In this document: one piece after another, positions 40,666 to 54,128 of the stretch
How the letters are laid out: each line of letters opens with the position of its first letter
How positions within the stretch are numbered: the stretch's first letter is position 1
NCBI GenBank assembly: GCA_051294905.1
Contig: CM119377.1
Coordinates: forward strand, 10,230,001 to 10,294,000
Source: Botryllus schlosseri
Lineage: Eukaryota
DNA: 64,000 nucleotides
Direction of reading: 5' to 3'
Position numbers and translations under genes: made by a program
Notes under the pieces: generated by a model
Told to the model about the DNA's origin: nothing
The model's input: the letters and a program-made list of their open reading frames with translations, nothing else
Database searches by the model: none

Positions 40666-41405
40666 CTTGCGGGATTATTTCTCAGATCAGAAGAAAGGTG
40701 GCATTAATGCCCGGTAGTCCGACAAATTTGATAATAAACGAAAGGTAAAATATAAACTAACTGCGTCGCAAACAAGGAAGATTTATGAAGTCAACGTATA
40801 CCCTCAAATTGAGAGGTGACAGAGCTTAGTAAAATTTGTAACTTGAGTCAACTCTATTCACTCGCTCGCTTGGGGGCGTGACGACCGCAAATTTTTTTGA
40901 TCGCGTTTATGAATGAAAAGAGAAAGAAGACATGAAAACAGAGATATTTTTTATAAATGTTAGGGACACGAAAGGGTTTTGAATATGTGAATATATTCAT
41001 CGCGAATTGATATTATTACTTTCAATAATCAGAATACGTGAAATATAACATCCAACGCAGAATTTCCTGAATGTGAATGTAAACGTTTCATGAATATCTA
41101 ACCTTTATCCGTGTTCCTCGAGGAAGGCTTAGTAGATATTTTCGTATGTCACAATATTATTTATTTCATTATACGAAGTGTTGTGGATTAGGGAAAATGA
41201 ACTTCAACTAAAATAAGTGTTCTTCGTGGGAATGTAGCTCAGTGATGTAGCTATACGAATATCCGTCACAGGTCAATAGATACGCATGTTGCGCATGGGG
41301 CAGTAAATTTGCGAAGGTTTGTGTGAAATTCGCAGAACTTCACCCTGACGGACGGACGGAGTCTCACGTAGCTCTATATTAGTTATTCCCCTTCTTTGCA
41401 CAGCC
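40666..41405. promoter_or_regulatory. Probable bidirectional promoter shared by Lgl and C1QBP
   Basis: Head-to-head ATGs 740 nt apart (40665 minus, 41406 plus). GC-box-like GGGGGCGTG at ~40871-40880. Confidence 0.55.
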
Positions 41406-42203
41406 ATGTCCTTTTCGCGAGCATTATCGACATTCGTTAAAAATGCATCGGCGTCATTCGCCAAACAACAACGGTTTTCCAGCACTCTGTCTGTTGCAAA
41501 TGTGAGTCCTTTGTACATGTCCCCTATTTCGTCGCAACATAACAGAAGATGTACTACACTCCTGAAATCGACAAAATTTTCGCGGCAATGTGCAGCCGCG
41601 CTTCACACAGAAGGCGACAGGCGTTTCGTGGAACTTTTGGAGTCAGAAATACAGCAAGAGAAAGATAGATCATTATCTATGACATCGATGTCAGACGGTT
41701 GGCTGGCATCTTTCGATGGTGCTAGTGGTACCTTGAAGAAGTCTCATGATGGCGATAAAATAGAAGTACAGTTTTCACTTAACGGCTCAATTCCGCCGTT
41801 GCAAGAAGAAGATATTGAACATGGCGAGGAAGAGGAAGGAGCTCTGATGCCGTCTTACCCAGAGTTTACGGTGAAGGTTACAAAGCCCAACACCCGTCAA
41901 GCAATTGAACTGGAATGCTTCTTCCCGGAAGACGTACAAGACGGTATACAAGAAGACGAAGATACCAATTTATTCTCAATCCGAAGTGTTATTGTTTACG
42001 AAGGTGAAATTAGTGAAGGAACCTACATCATTGAAACGGACAATCTCGAACCAAAAGTGTACAGCTATTTATTGAGCTATCTGGCCGACCGCGGCGTTGA
42101 CAATCAGTTTGCGGAGGAATTTATCGAACTAACGACTGCTGCTGAGCAAAAAGAATATGTTGTCTCGTTACAAAAATTGAAAGACTTCATATCAAGCAAA
42201 TAG
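41406..42203 (+). CDS. C1QBP: Mitochondrial matrix protein p32/gC1qR (MAM33 family), single exon, 265 aa
   Basis: Basic Ser/Arg-rich presequence, then EGDRRFVELLESEI, an acidic core, and C-terminal LLSYLADRGVDNQFAEEFIELTTAAEQKEY...LKDFISSK, typical of C1QBP. Confidence 0.95.
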   Translation: MSFSRALSTFVKNASASFAKQQRFSSTLSVANVSPLYMSPISSQHNRRCTTLLKSTKFSRQCAAALHTEGDRRFVELLESEIQQEKDRSLSMTSMSDGWLASFDGASGTLKKSHDGDKIEVQFSLNGSIPPLQEEDIEHGEEEEGALMPSYPEFTVKVTKPNTRQAIELECFFPEDVQDGIQEDEDTNLFSIRSVIVYEGEISEGTYIIETDNLEPKVYSYLLSYLADRGVDNQFAEEFIELTTAAEQKEYVVSLQKLKDFISSK

Positions 42204-43026
42204 AAAAAGTGAATATCTGCTAAAACATTTAGGCATTTGATTTGATAATAACCCGGTTTCGCACTATAATGACCTTTTCACTGTTTTCTATTATAAATTG
42301 AGGCTACAAAACGTCGCCCGCTGCTATCTGCTAACTCGTCATCAAATGACTTGAACATGAATGTGCATTTGTTTTGCGAAATAATCAGTGCGTGAGCCTG
42401 CACTGTTTCAAAAATGATATTGTATTTCTCACAAGTTGCGATCTACTCTTCAAGATCTGAAGATCCAACGCACCTGAATATGTAATTAGACCACATTTCT
42501 TTTGCGCACAGCCAATTTTTGCCAGTGAATTATAAATGGCGTCAATTCTGACCTATAGTATGGTGGCCAAATGATTGAAAAAATTAACAGATCTGGCAGT
42601 TTCAATGTAGTGTTGCAATCGCCAATCTTTAAATTCATGTATGGTATTTTTGATGCTCTATCGAGCCTCCCAAGTCCTAATCCTACTACTGCTGTAATTC
42701 GAAGGCGGACATCCAAATTTCCCTATGTTTTGATCGCATGACCAAGTTATAAAAGTCAAATTATTTGGGAGCGAGTTGTGTAATTCATAATTTTCAGTTC
42801 TTGCATAATGCATACTGTAGTATGGCCATGTCAATGTTTTGTTTGTGTATTTGTATTACGGGATTTTCGATCCAACTTTTTGTTTGGCTATGAATAACAA
42901 AATTATGCTTGTAATAACGATGAAAGCTGATGGTAATTTTGGGCTTTTGTAGAAATATTCTGAAAATCTAGTTAGATGCTAATAAGGTCCATTGTTCGTA
43001 ACCTTGCCGCACAACCAGTACGATAC

Positions 43027-46000
43027 ATGCAAGCTCAAGCGATGGCTGCTAAGACTGAACCTATCGGTATGTCAATTCAATTCAAAATAATGACAAGATG
43101 TTGAATATGCCTCATTTGAAGGACAATTGAAGGATTTCAAGGAGATTAAGGAAGGGAAGGCTACAATTTTGATTGAGAACTCAAACAATGTGTTCTACAA
43201 CAATGTCCAAGAATTCAACAGGGACATCACGTAACTAGACGCCGAGATTTGAGTCGATATCTGATAGTCATTGATTGATACCTTAGAATTGCAGCTATCA
43301 CAGAGTTTGCGAAAGAAGCTCTCGTCAAGAAAAACATAAAAGGTGAGCATAATGGACAATCGATAGGTGCATCAGTACTACTTTTCCCTGTGCAGAATTA
43401 TATTTTTACATAGTCACATTATTCCAAGCTATGTATCATGGTGTAGAAATGTTCATTCCTATTTGATGATGCACTTTATGTCGTCGGCTCCACAATCTCG
43501 TGGAAGTGTGTAGGCTTACATTATTTGAGGCATATGCTGTTGCTAGATGACTTTCAATCATGAAAAAATACGAATGATACGGGTTGAAATGGTGTTGGTA
43601 TGACATTAATCACAATTTCCTTGTACCTAATATAATTTGCATCGAAAAGAATTTGTGATTCCCGTCAATTTCAAGTCACAAGTAACTTATTCATTAACTG
43701 GATTCCTATAGTTCCAAGACAAATTATAAATATCCCGATGTGCTCACTGTATGCGAGTCTAGATAATTCATAAGCATATAGGGATGATGAGAGTCTCTCA
43801 AAGGTTCTGGTTTGTGTGAAGTGAAAGTATTTTTCAACTGTTTCCATGGACCTGAATTGAATCCGACTGCTAATTTTTAATTCTACCGGTAGCATACCAT
43901 CACTGGAAGTTTCGGCATAACATTTGAGTGCTGAAAAACACTGGTTTTTTGCTTTCAGCTGTTGAATTTCAAGAAAATGACAAAAACATTGTAACAATCG
44001 ACGACAGCGCTACTCCGATGAGAAAAGTGTATCCAGGCAAGCCATGCGAGGTAAAAGCTTCTGAAAGACCTTGTCAACTTGGAGGGCTGCCATCGTCAAA
44101 TGTAATTTCAGGAAGGAATAACGATTCTGGAAGCCTTGTCTGCAAGCGGGCTGCGATCTGTACGACTGGCAAAGGAGGTCCCCGGAGTCAAGCAAATAGT
44201 GGCGAACGATATTTCAAAAAGTGCAGTGGAAGCCATTGAGCGGAACATCACCCATAACGGCGTCAGCGACATTGTCACAGCCAATGAGGATGACGCGACG
44301 TAAGTGGAGTGGAATGATATATCTGATCAAACTCTGATCCAACATGATCGTTACAGACTTTACATGCACAAGTGCAAGAGAGGAAGGGAGAACCAATTTG
44401 ACGTGATTGACCTTGATCCATATGGCACTGCGACTCCTTTCCTTGACTCTGCTGTGCAAGCCGTGCGACCACAAGGTATCGTCTGGAGCATTTTATATAT
44501 GTTTAATAAATAGCAATACAGATTCTTGTAACGTGGAATTTCAATGCAGACATAACATGCATACAATTTGAGGATTTGATTTCGAACAAATATCTTGGAC
44601 TTTGCATAGCACAGTCATAAAGAGGTGGTCGGTGCTCTTAGGGTACTCTGGTAGAATTTGCCTACTTGCAACACTTACTCAAGTGCAGTGGTGCCAAACG
44701 TTTTTAGACACGCCCCCCTTTATAATAGTGAAAAATTTCGATAACTTTGATTCTAGCATCAGACCAAACCATCTCATGTTGTTACAGGTCTTTTGTGCGT
44801 TACTTGCACCGATATGGCTGTCTTGTGCGGAAACAACCCAGACTCGTGTTACGCCAAGTACAGATCTATACCTTTGAAGACAAAAGCTTGTCATGAGATG
44901 GTAATTTCGTTGATTTTGTGTAATGTTTTCTGAATTCTCTAATCTTGCTTGTCGGCAGGCATTGAGAATATTACTTGGCTGCATCGAACAACACGCGAAT
45001 CGTTATTCAAGATATATTGAACCATTGCTTTCTGTCAGTGTGGATTTTTATATACGGGTTTTTGTGAAAGTTCATTATGGACCGGCAAAGGCTAAATTTT
45101 CCACCAGGTAAGTTAATGCGTTAGCGCTTTCATATAAAAGGTTCGCAGAATCGTGGCGCTTTCTTAGGCTCTTAGCGATCTGATCATTGTGTTATACTGC
45201 CGTCCATAGGCGCCGACTTACGAGGTTACGAGGTGGCGCAGCCACCTCGTCACCATATTTACGAGGTGGCGGCCACCTCGTACGAAATGCTCAAACTCCC
45301 AAGTTGTTTGTGACCAGTAATTAGTATTCAGGCCAATCGACGGGAGCTCGTTAGAGACGTCTTCGTTTTTGATACGCGCGTGTGCCAGGTGCGTAGCCAC
45401 GGGGTTCGAATCCCCCTGTTTGAAACGCGAAACCCTGTCAATTTGAAATAACCATTAACTCCAATATTCAGCAGCGTTCCGTGCGGCCGATTTGCGAGAG
45501 GCAAGTTTTCAATTAGCGCGAAGAGTCTGTGATGATATGCCGCTGAGATGTCGCGAAATTAGGTCAGCCATTGCAGTGCGCGTGGCAATCGTCGCCAGCT
45601 TGATTTATGGCATCTCGAACAAGCCTGATTCCGCTGGCTTGAACAATCGCATGTGCAATAGGCCCAGTTCAAACTATATCATCGCTTGTCTGCGCAATCG
45701 CATCTGCATTGGCGGCTTCTGCCTGGGGTGCACGATATCATCGTGTGGACGATTACACGCGTACGATAAGCTTGTCGACGAGTCCGGAAGTGCTGTTAAT
45801 TAGCGTGAGCGACTCTCTGATCGGTCGTGAACGCGCGCTTATCAATGCGTCTTACGTCTTATGTAGCCTTGGCGACGATTTGCGCAAGTCAAAATGTACA
45901 AGTTTTTATGGAATATGTGCTATAATGACGCCGATTTCAGGTGGTTCAAACCTTACCTCTTATATAACCCAAGCCTTGACACACAGCTTCTGATGGTTAT

Positions 46001-49000
46001 GTTCAAGTATTAGCGGAAATCAATTACGCATGTACGCACGCGACGCACATGTTTGCGGACATTCGATGTCATTCAGTTTCGAGATGTCACTCTTTAATCC
46101 ATTGGGAAGTAGGAGCCAAAGCATGGTAGGCCCGAGAAGCGGTAGTTAGGCTAGCGATATCTTTCGCACTGGGCCTATTGCAGATGCGATTGTGTATAGG
46201 CCAGTGACGATATCGTGTGCACCAAGTCAATGCAGATGCGATTTTGTAAGCCAACATGATATCGTGCGCACCGGGCCTATTGCAGATGCGATTATCCAAG
46301 CCAGCGCAATTAGGCTTGTAGGTGACGCGATAAATCAGGCCAGCAACAATTGCCGAGCGCGGGGCAATGAATGACCTAATTTCGCAATTATCTCAGCGGG
46401 ATATCGTGTCGCGTTACATTGTGCAGTGGAATGCGTAAGGACGAATCTCGCTTATTGTCGACACGCCTTTCGTTAATTGGCCGCGCGTAACACTAATACG
46501 ACTTATTGAATTGCAACCGAGTATTAGCGTCAGAGAGCTCATTTGACAAGGACGGGGTTTCGCGCTTCTAAAGGAGGGGCTTTTGACCCCCGAAACCCCC
46601 CTGGCTGCGCGCCTGGATGCACTTCAAAAATGTTTAGCGAACGTAAATCGAGAAATGCACCAATGCCGCCAAAATCCCTGTTTTAATCTGCAAACAATTG
46701 CCACGATGCTAGCTTCTCAACGCGAAGCCAGAAACCGCAAGAGACAATTGCTAATTGGCTGCGCGATTTCGCGTTTGTAATCATCATTATTGTCGGTTTG
46801 AAACCTCATATTTGAGAGTTGTTGTGTGTTACTTGCGAACTTGCCAGCCCAGTGCGAAGTGCATTTCGTTACTCACTCGACGCATTGCTCGTTAATAACA
46901 TCGATGCAACTTCAAATTTTCAATGACGATAATTCTGATTTTTGTTCGATGCATTCCGCTGACGGACGAATGATCGTACCGTTTTAAGACTCCAATTAAT
47001 AACTCGACTGCATGGTTTGATATTAATGAGTGCAGAGCCGGTATGAAAACGTCACGCAAATGGTTTAACGCTGCACCGGCATGTAGTGAAGTGCGTTTTA
47101 GTGCGATGATGACGTCATCAACAGGGAACAATTATGACGTCACAAGACTTCGCCACCTCGTAAAAAAATAAAAGTCGGCGCCTATGCTGCCGTCTATGCT
47201 TGGTAGCTGGTAACAGAACTTGAACAGGTCCTAATCCTGAGTTGCTCTGGTGTTATGACCCAAATTGAGTGTGTGTCCAGTAGCAGCTTGAGTTCTTCAT
47301 AGATTTATGGAAAATTAAAGCCATTGTGAGATTCAGTTCATAAATTCTGCTTGTAAGTTCATAAAATATTGTTATGGGTCACTTCGTGATCATTGAGACT
47401 AGATTTAAATTTGGCACTGTTTACGGAAAGCCTAATGCCGTATTCTCTCATTTTTAGTAAGCAGGCCTACGTTATTCGTTGTGGTTCTTGTAGCAGTTTT
47501 CACCTTCAGCCCGTATCGAATATTATCAAAACGGCAAAAGGAGGGTAATGCATATTCGCTTTGCACCATTGGAACGGCCTAGTTACTGACTTGTTTACAG
47601 AGAAAAGCATGTTCCTGGGATAGGACCTTCTGTCGGTAAAAACTGTGATGTGTGCGGCCACAAGAACTCTGTAAGTTTGCTGATTGGCCTTCAATCAATG
47701 TGTGCATGTAGATACGAAATAGCAAACTCTTATAATATTTTTAATGTAATTTCCAAAGATTATTATTTCAGCCGAAGTTAGTGAATGTGCTTGAATTAAT
47801 ATTACAAATTTGCTAGTGTCTTGAATCAGTTTGCCATGAAAAAAACTTTCAATTCACTCCAGGTTTCCATATACTACAATGAAATACTGACTATGTATCG
47901 ATCAACCAGTGTTGGAGCACCATGTCTTCCATTACTTAACATCAAAGCAACACGACCCTGATAGCTTTTCAGATTGATGTCCTGTTCCTTTTCAGATCGG
48001 GGGCCCGATATGGGCAGCGCCTCTTTACAACCAAACATTCTTAGATAAAGTTTTATATTCTGTGACTGCGTTCCCGAATAGATTAACGACGTCATCTCGG
48101 ATTAAAGGAATGATTACAATGATGAAGGAGGTGAGTTGGTTTGCTCTTAACAGTGTCAATACTGCATTTGATTATTATGCTACATTACTACAGCTTGGTG
48201 TGTCCTTAACAATGTGTATACATTCATTCGACAACACTGTGTTGGCATCAATGTTTGGAAATAGTTTTTGGGTGTTAGTGTTATCCTTCTATTGTAAATT
48301 ACCCGGGGAAAATGGTTTCACACTCCTCTGCATAGGTGATAATGGATTTGACTTTGTGATATCTTTAATGCCGTGCCGTCTTGTGAATTGTGAAATAAAG
48401 CCCCGGAATCCCTAACATTCGGTAATAGTCACAGTAATCAATATAGTCGCAATGATATTTTGAAGGAATTACAAGACGTGCCGCTTCACTACGTGTCTGA
48501 CGAACTTTCAAGCATATTGAAGATGAGCTGCCCGCGTGACGTCGAACTCAAGTAAGATCCAAGATTGCGGTCGCATCGTCGTTTTCACGAGTGCTCGTTC
48601 TATTTCCAGGTCTGGTATCGTGAATGCCGGTTATCGCGTTTCGTCTTTCCATGGACGGACGTCTTCGGTTAAGACCGACGCACCGCCAAGCGTAATTTGG
48701 GATTTAATGAAAGCGCTGGTAATTAAAATTGGATTTCTTTTGTTAGTTGGAATTTTCGAACGTCCCAATTTGAAGTTGCCTCGTCAACATCTGTTGTTCC
48801 TGCTTGCTTCTTGTTGAACTGAGTTTGCGTTTTTGTTCGAGCTGTGGTATTCTTTTTGGACATTGCTATATGGTTGGTGTTTCATAAGTAACTTCATGTA
48901 ATGGTGTTGATTATTCGCTTCGCAACTGCGATTCTTTCACCATCTCTGTAGAGTTATGGGTGCAAGTATGAGATTGTATCAATTCACCGCTAACGCTTGT

Positions 49001-50782
49001 TGCAGTTTCTTGTGCTTGAATATTTTCTGCTATTTCCCTTCCGTAATCCGTAGTCAGGTAGCATTGTAGATTCATCTAACCGTTCTTTAGAAACAGTTTG
49101 GTAAAGCCCTACATCAGAGATGCCACTGGGATATTTCGGAAAAAACCCAGATCCTATATTTCACTCAAATTCCTATGCGGAAGCTGAGAAAATGGAAACT
49201 GACGGTCATATTGACATAGAACCGAGTTTTGGCCCTTGATATTGAGACTATAACTATACGTTTTGCTTGATTAACAATTCAAATATTAAAAAAATATATG
49301 TTTTTTTCCTTTTGACCATTGCTAAGAAAATACTTGGTGCGCGTTGCTGTGAAAGCTCGTGTGATAAATAAAATTATTACTTTGCAAGCGGACGTTAAAT
49401 AAGCTGTGAAAGCAACCAAGATCTTATTTTGTTTATCGATACTAGCAGTCAAGTCTTGAATCGACATAAATTGTAAGAACACTGTTCCGAATTCCAATGA
49501 GTTGCCCTATGAACATGACATTCTGCGAGCTGGAAGTTGGTATACAACAAAGCTCCATCACGTCGTGGCCTTTCATTTTAGTAGTGAAACAGTTTCTCAA
49601 GACTCTGCCGTTACAATATAACAAAATTCCTCGAAAATGCAGCGATCAAGCAATCAATCGACAACTGAAGCTCGTGCATTTATCGACATTACAATCATAC
49701 TAATCTAATATAATTGATTTTCGTACATAAAATTAACCTGGCAAACACGATGTTGAAAAAACCCAGATTTCAAGGACAGAAACCCAGGTGATGCTTGAAA
49801 AACCCAGATCTGGGTGGAAAAACCCAGGAGTGGCATGTCTGAGCCTACTATCACCACTATTTCTGAATAAAAACAATACCGTACTCCCTTTCCAGTGGCA
49901 GAAGCAGAATTTGAATTTGGAAAAACATCAGGTGGGATCAGCGGCTCGCGCTATCCTGACTCGAAGTTCCACGACAGAAAATATTGACTTCCGCAAAAGG
50001 GATGAAGCGGAGGCCGCATCCAAGAAGGCTGGGATCACCCGGTTTCCTACCATGCCTGACAATTGGGGCCCAAAAGCCAGAGCCAAAGATAACAGGTACG
50101 GTGTAGTAAAATATTTGTCGCTTTTATGGTTTCTTGAGAGCCGGTTAACCGCTAATAGTCACATATAAACCGTAAAAATCTCTATATTACTCTGCGTACA
50201 TTACCCCACAAACTTGTGACTATAACTCGTAATAACTTCCACCGTAATAAGGCATGCCTGCTTCTTTTCGTTAGTGATGACGAAGAGACTTCGAACAATA
50301 TTTTGAAAGAGAGAAGTAAGAAGTTCCAAGGCAAAAGGAAAGCAAAGTCAGACCACAACACTGACAAGAGACCGAAGATTGCAGGTATATTTCTTCCTGT
50401 GACGTAATGTGAGAGTGGTGACCGTTCCCATGACAGTCGAGAGTGGCAACTGTATTTTGTGAAGACTTTCCACTAACAGGCGAAGTTGAGCTGAATACAA
50501 TTTTTTAAACTGGTATTATAGACCATCGATGTCACTTTAATAGTTCCCGGTTGATAGTAAGCTCAAAATTTTGTTAAAATGGATGTTAGACTATGTCCTG
50601 AAGGCAAACAACTAGCAAATGCAAATGTTCCACTGCAAAAGGTAAATCTCCGGGCTCCATGGTCCTTTGGTTTGGACCATTGTGGTGATTGAGAGAATTC
50701 TCTGTGATGTGTAATTCAACAACATTTTGGCATATGCGATCAGATCATACATCGCTGCGTTTCAGGTGAAGACCAGCGGTAA
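43027..50782 (+). CDS. TRMT1: tRNA (guanine-26 N2,N2)-dimethyltransferase, about 16 exons, about 559 aa
   Basis: Exons 43027-43066, 43122-43230, 43287-43342, 43959-44050, 44112-44299, 44357-44475, 44788-44900, 44959-45107, 47458-47544, 47601-47670, 47996-48130, 48466-48551, 48610-48718, 49896-50095, 50275-50384, 50766-50782 (last exon tentative; unspliced stop at 50407). Phase-consistent. Motifs [65 protein letters not shown]. Confidence 0.95.
45205..47186. mobile_element. Non-autonomous hAT element (1982 bp) in TRMT1 intron 8
   Basis: TIR CATAGGCGCCGACTT / AAGTCGGCGCCTATG with ACGAGGTGGCG subterminal repeats. Perfect 8-bp TSD ctgccgtc (45197-45204, 47187-47194). Confidence 0.9.
45386..46615. 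mobile_element. Foldback-like element nested in the 45205-47186 hAT element
   Basis: Ends CAGGTGCGTAGCCA / TGGCTGCGCGCCTG. Long imperfect inverted arms (45530-45590 vs 46350-46410) with oppositely oriented 51-bp minisatellites. No clear TSD. Confidence 0.7.
49115..49841. mobile_element. Probable MITE in TRMT1 intron 13
   Basis: TIR CAGAGATGCCA / TGGCATGTCTG with AAAACCCAG subterminal repeats. Flanks are only approximately duplicated (agccctac / agcctac). Confidence 0.5.
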
Positions 50783-51514
50783 CGCTGAAGCCTCAGTTGC
50801 ACCATGGTATCTGTGCCAGGGAGACGGTGATCAAGACCAGAACACTGGAAGCATTTCTGTCAGCGCTAGCGTGTTTAGGGTCCGGCATAGCTGTCCCAAA
50901 CGTCTGGGATATCCTTGTAAACACTCAGTTGTTGGATCGTTTCACACTGTTGCCACAACCATACATGGCCAATTGGCCATTGACTTGATTATCCTGATCC
51001 CTACTCTCACTAAAAAGTTTAACTACCGTACCCTTTTATCAGGTAGAGGTATTAATCAATATTTGATGTAGTGCAGGTTTTGGGTTTGTCGCACAATAAT
51101 GCAATTTTGTGCATTGGTTGAGGGGTGGTAGTTTCATTGCTTCCCCACACTTTATGATATTAGTTATAGCCGCTGGAGATTGAGCTCCTGCATCACTGCC
51201 TTGCAGTAAAATTTGAAAAATTTTCCCCTATGTACCATTGTCAATGGTTACTTTGTACAAGTTACCAAAATTTGTTTGTGCTTCTGAGTGAAAAATGTGC
51301 ACTATGCATACGGTGATCATTGCTTCGAACGACTTATTCACTGCAAGTCTCTTACTGCGGATTTTGTATTGGTATTATTAGTATGATAAAAATAAAGTGG
51401 AGGAAAACTATGTTTCAAATTCATTGAACCGAGTCTGTGGATCAAGCATCGAGCCAGTTCGCGATCTGGGTATTTGAAATGTTATCATGATCAGGAACGT
51501 AGCAGTGTGAAGTA

Positions 51515-53723
51515 CCGGGTGGTCATGACTCAAGTCGCGATTTTTTTGGTGACGCGAGTCAATTTTTGTATTGGCTCGAGTCATTGTGCATGACTCGAAC
51601 CAAGTCATATGACTTGAGACTAGGATGGCCGAGACAGACATTTCATTGTAACTTCAAAGACTAGTATAGTTATCACATTATTGATAACTGTTTAAACTGA
51701 TGAAAACGACTATATTATGAATGCAAGCTATATCACTCGAGCCGAGTTGAAAAAAACGGACAGAACATGAAATTTAACTGATAATAACGACTTGGACTCG
51801 GAATCCACCCTCTACTAGCTGACGTGACTCAGTGGTGAATTGATCCCTGATCTATTAGACCAGTGGTTCTCAACCTTTTTGGCTTCGCGGACCCCTTTTG
51901 ACCGTCGCGGACCCCCTCAAGATTTAGTTCTATTTTAGCTCTATTATGGTGCGACCTTCATTTGTTTTGTGCAATTATGAATATTATAGGCTTGTGATAA
52001 ACAGCAAAATATTGATTTTTCTTGAAAATAACATCATACTATTTATGTAGAAATTGGTAGACTTTTATTATTTCAAATCTAATTTTGCTGCTGTGTTTCT
52101 TGAAGTACGTGGTCGTGTCTTGAAAATCCGCGTCTTTGTTTTGATATGAAACGAGAAGTGCCAAAAACCATTTCCGCAAAGGTAGATGGAGGCTAATGCA
52201 ATATTAACGCATGACGCTTCCGACGATACTTTTGGTGGATCGCAACATTTATGGCAACAAAATGAAGAAACATATATTTTATGAACATATCACGTCCAGC
52301 ATCTAGCGCAGGGACGGGCAACATTCGGACCACATGCCGGCATTTTGATCGATTTGCAGAGAGTTTTATGCGCCAAAGAATGGATCCAAGTTTTCCAACC
52401 TGAGAAGGACTGTCATGAAACGACTTGTTCTGTTCGGGTTTACTTATATATTTACGAGCAAACATTTTCGACCATGAACAATTGAACATTAACAAGACAA
52501 GGCTGCGTACCAATATAACTGGTGATATGAATTTCAGGATTGGGGCGTAATGCTTTGATAGCAACGAAACACTCCTTGCGCATCAAAAAAATTGCCTTGA
52601 AGATAGGGCATCCGCAAGAAGAATGCGCCAAATCTGATAGCCGAGCTTTAAGAACAAATATATCATTGTCCGATTAATGACGAGTGTCAGCTGAAAATAA
52701 TCGGATTCATTTCAATATGACTATACTATACAATTCTACACTGAAGTCCTGTACCTCCAAGAAGCTGTTCAAATAGTGGTTAGGTATATCACAGGATAAA
52801 ATGGATTTCGTGGCAAGGTTTCAATCCCTACATTGGGACCTATTAGGGAAATACTTCGGAAATCTTTATTTCAAACCACTGTTCGCTAATTTGATGAGAC
52901 TGACAACTTCAAATCGAGAAGATTTCGCAGACACTAAGAAGTCACCCTGATGGACGTTACTATCTCCATATTTTTATTTTTTCACAAACCCCAACAGAAC
53001 GTCTCTAAACAGCAATACGTATGTATCAGCAGGTTATTGGAAAATTGGCAATAAAAATGAATTTCCGCACTACGATAGTTCATGTCAGGCGATTATGATG
53101 ATGATATGAGTCATGAGGTTTTAGCAGTTGTGGTGCGAAACTGCCTACTGCTTTCTCAAATTAAAAAATAAAACGAAAATTATGCGTGATCAGCCATTTT
53201 AAAAATTTAGAGGTCTCGCGGACCCCCTGAAATTGCTTCGCGGACCCCCGGTTGAGAACCGCTGTATTAGACCCTTTCCGTATTCTTATTGGACTCAATA
53301 TCTTAAATTGATGTTGTTATTTCATGGTTGTGTAATTGGCTTTTCCACTTAATTTAACTAATTAAGTTTCCTTTTCATTGAAGGGGTTGTGTAACAGGTC
53401 CCTGCTGTCGTTCAACCATGAAATGTGTATATCTCGTAACTGAGAGACATCCTGTTCTAGAGTAATTTGCCTCTAGTATAAAACTACTGACTCATTTGCT
53501 AAACCTACTTGTAACAACGTCTGAAATATATTCGTATGTCTTGCGTATATATGCGTCTTAAGAAGATCTCACCAGGATACAGTACAGGATTCCAGGTTAA
53601 GTAGTCAGCCAGCTAAACCTATAATACTTTGGTTAGCTATACTTCTCCCTGGAACATTATACCATGTATTGTTGCAGAACTCAAATGAAAGCGAGATTGA
53701 GTTGTGACTTGGTTACAACCGTG
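51515..53723. mobile_element. Older copy of the GACTCGAGTC MITE family, interrupted by a nested Charlie-type element
   Basis: 51520-51660 and 53690-53723 align with 18245-18460 and 18760-18794. Flanks gtgaagta / gtgaagca (7/8 TSD). Confidence 0.7.
51861..53264. mobile_element. hAT/Charlie-type non-autonomous element (1404 bp)
   Basis: TIR CAGTGGTTCTCAACC / GGTTGAGAACCGCTG with CGCGGACCCC subterminal repeats. Perfect TSD tattagac (51853-51860, 53265-53272). Confidence 0.92.
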
Positions 53724-54128
53724 GTGAAGCAACTGCAATCAATGCAGGGATTTCTAGTTTCCAGATATCCCTGAATATGTTTGGAAACGAATGCTGCCAA
53801 TTTGACAGGCATGCCCCATTCAAAATGTGAATCCTAGTTCCCCTCCGCCACGAACCAATTTGCTATCATTCTGATATCGGCCGCCAATCAACACAAATTC
53901 TCTGCTTGAGCGATGAAAGCGACGCTGACTCCTGACACCACAGTAACACTCATGCTAATCTTTTACCCGCAGTTTCAGTGCAATGGCTTTGGGGAAGATG
54001 GTTGCTGAGTGTAGTGCCCTTTAATAACATGATTGTGATAATGAATATGTACTGCTTAAATCAATGTGGTCTGCCCCTGAGATTCATTTAGACCCCAGTT
54101 ATAACGGAACTGATACTATCCAGTAGAG

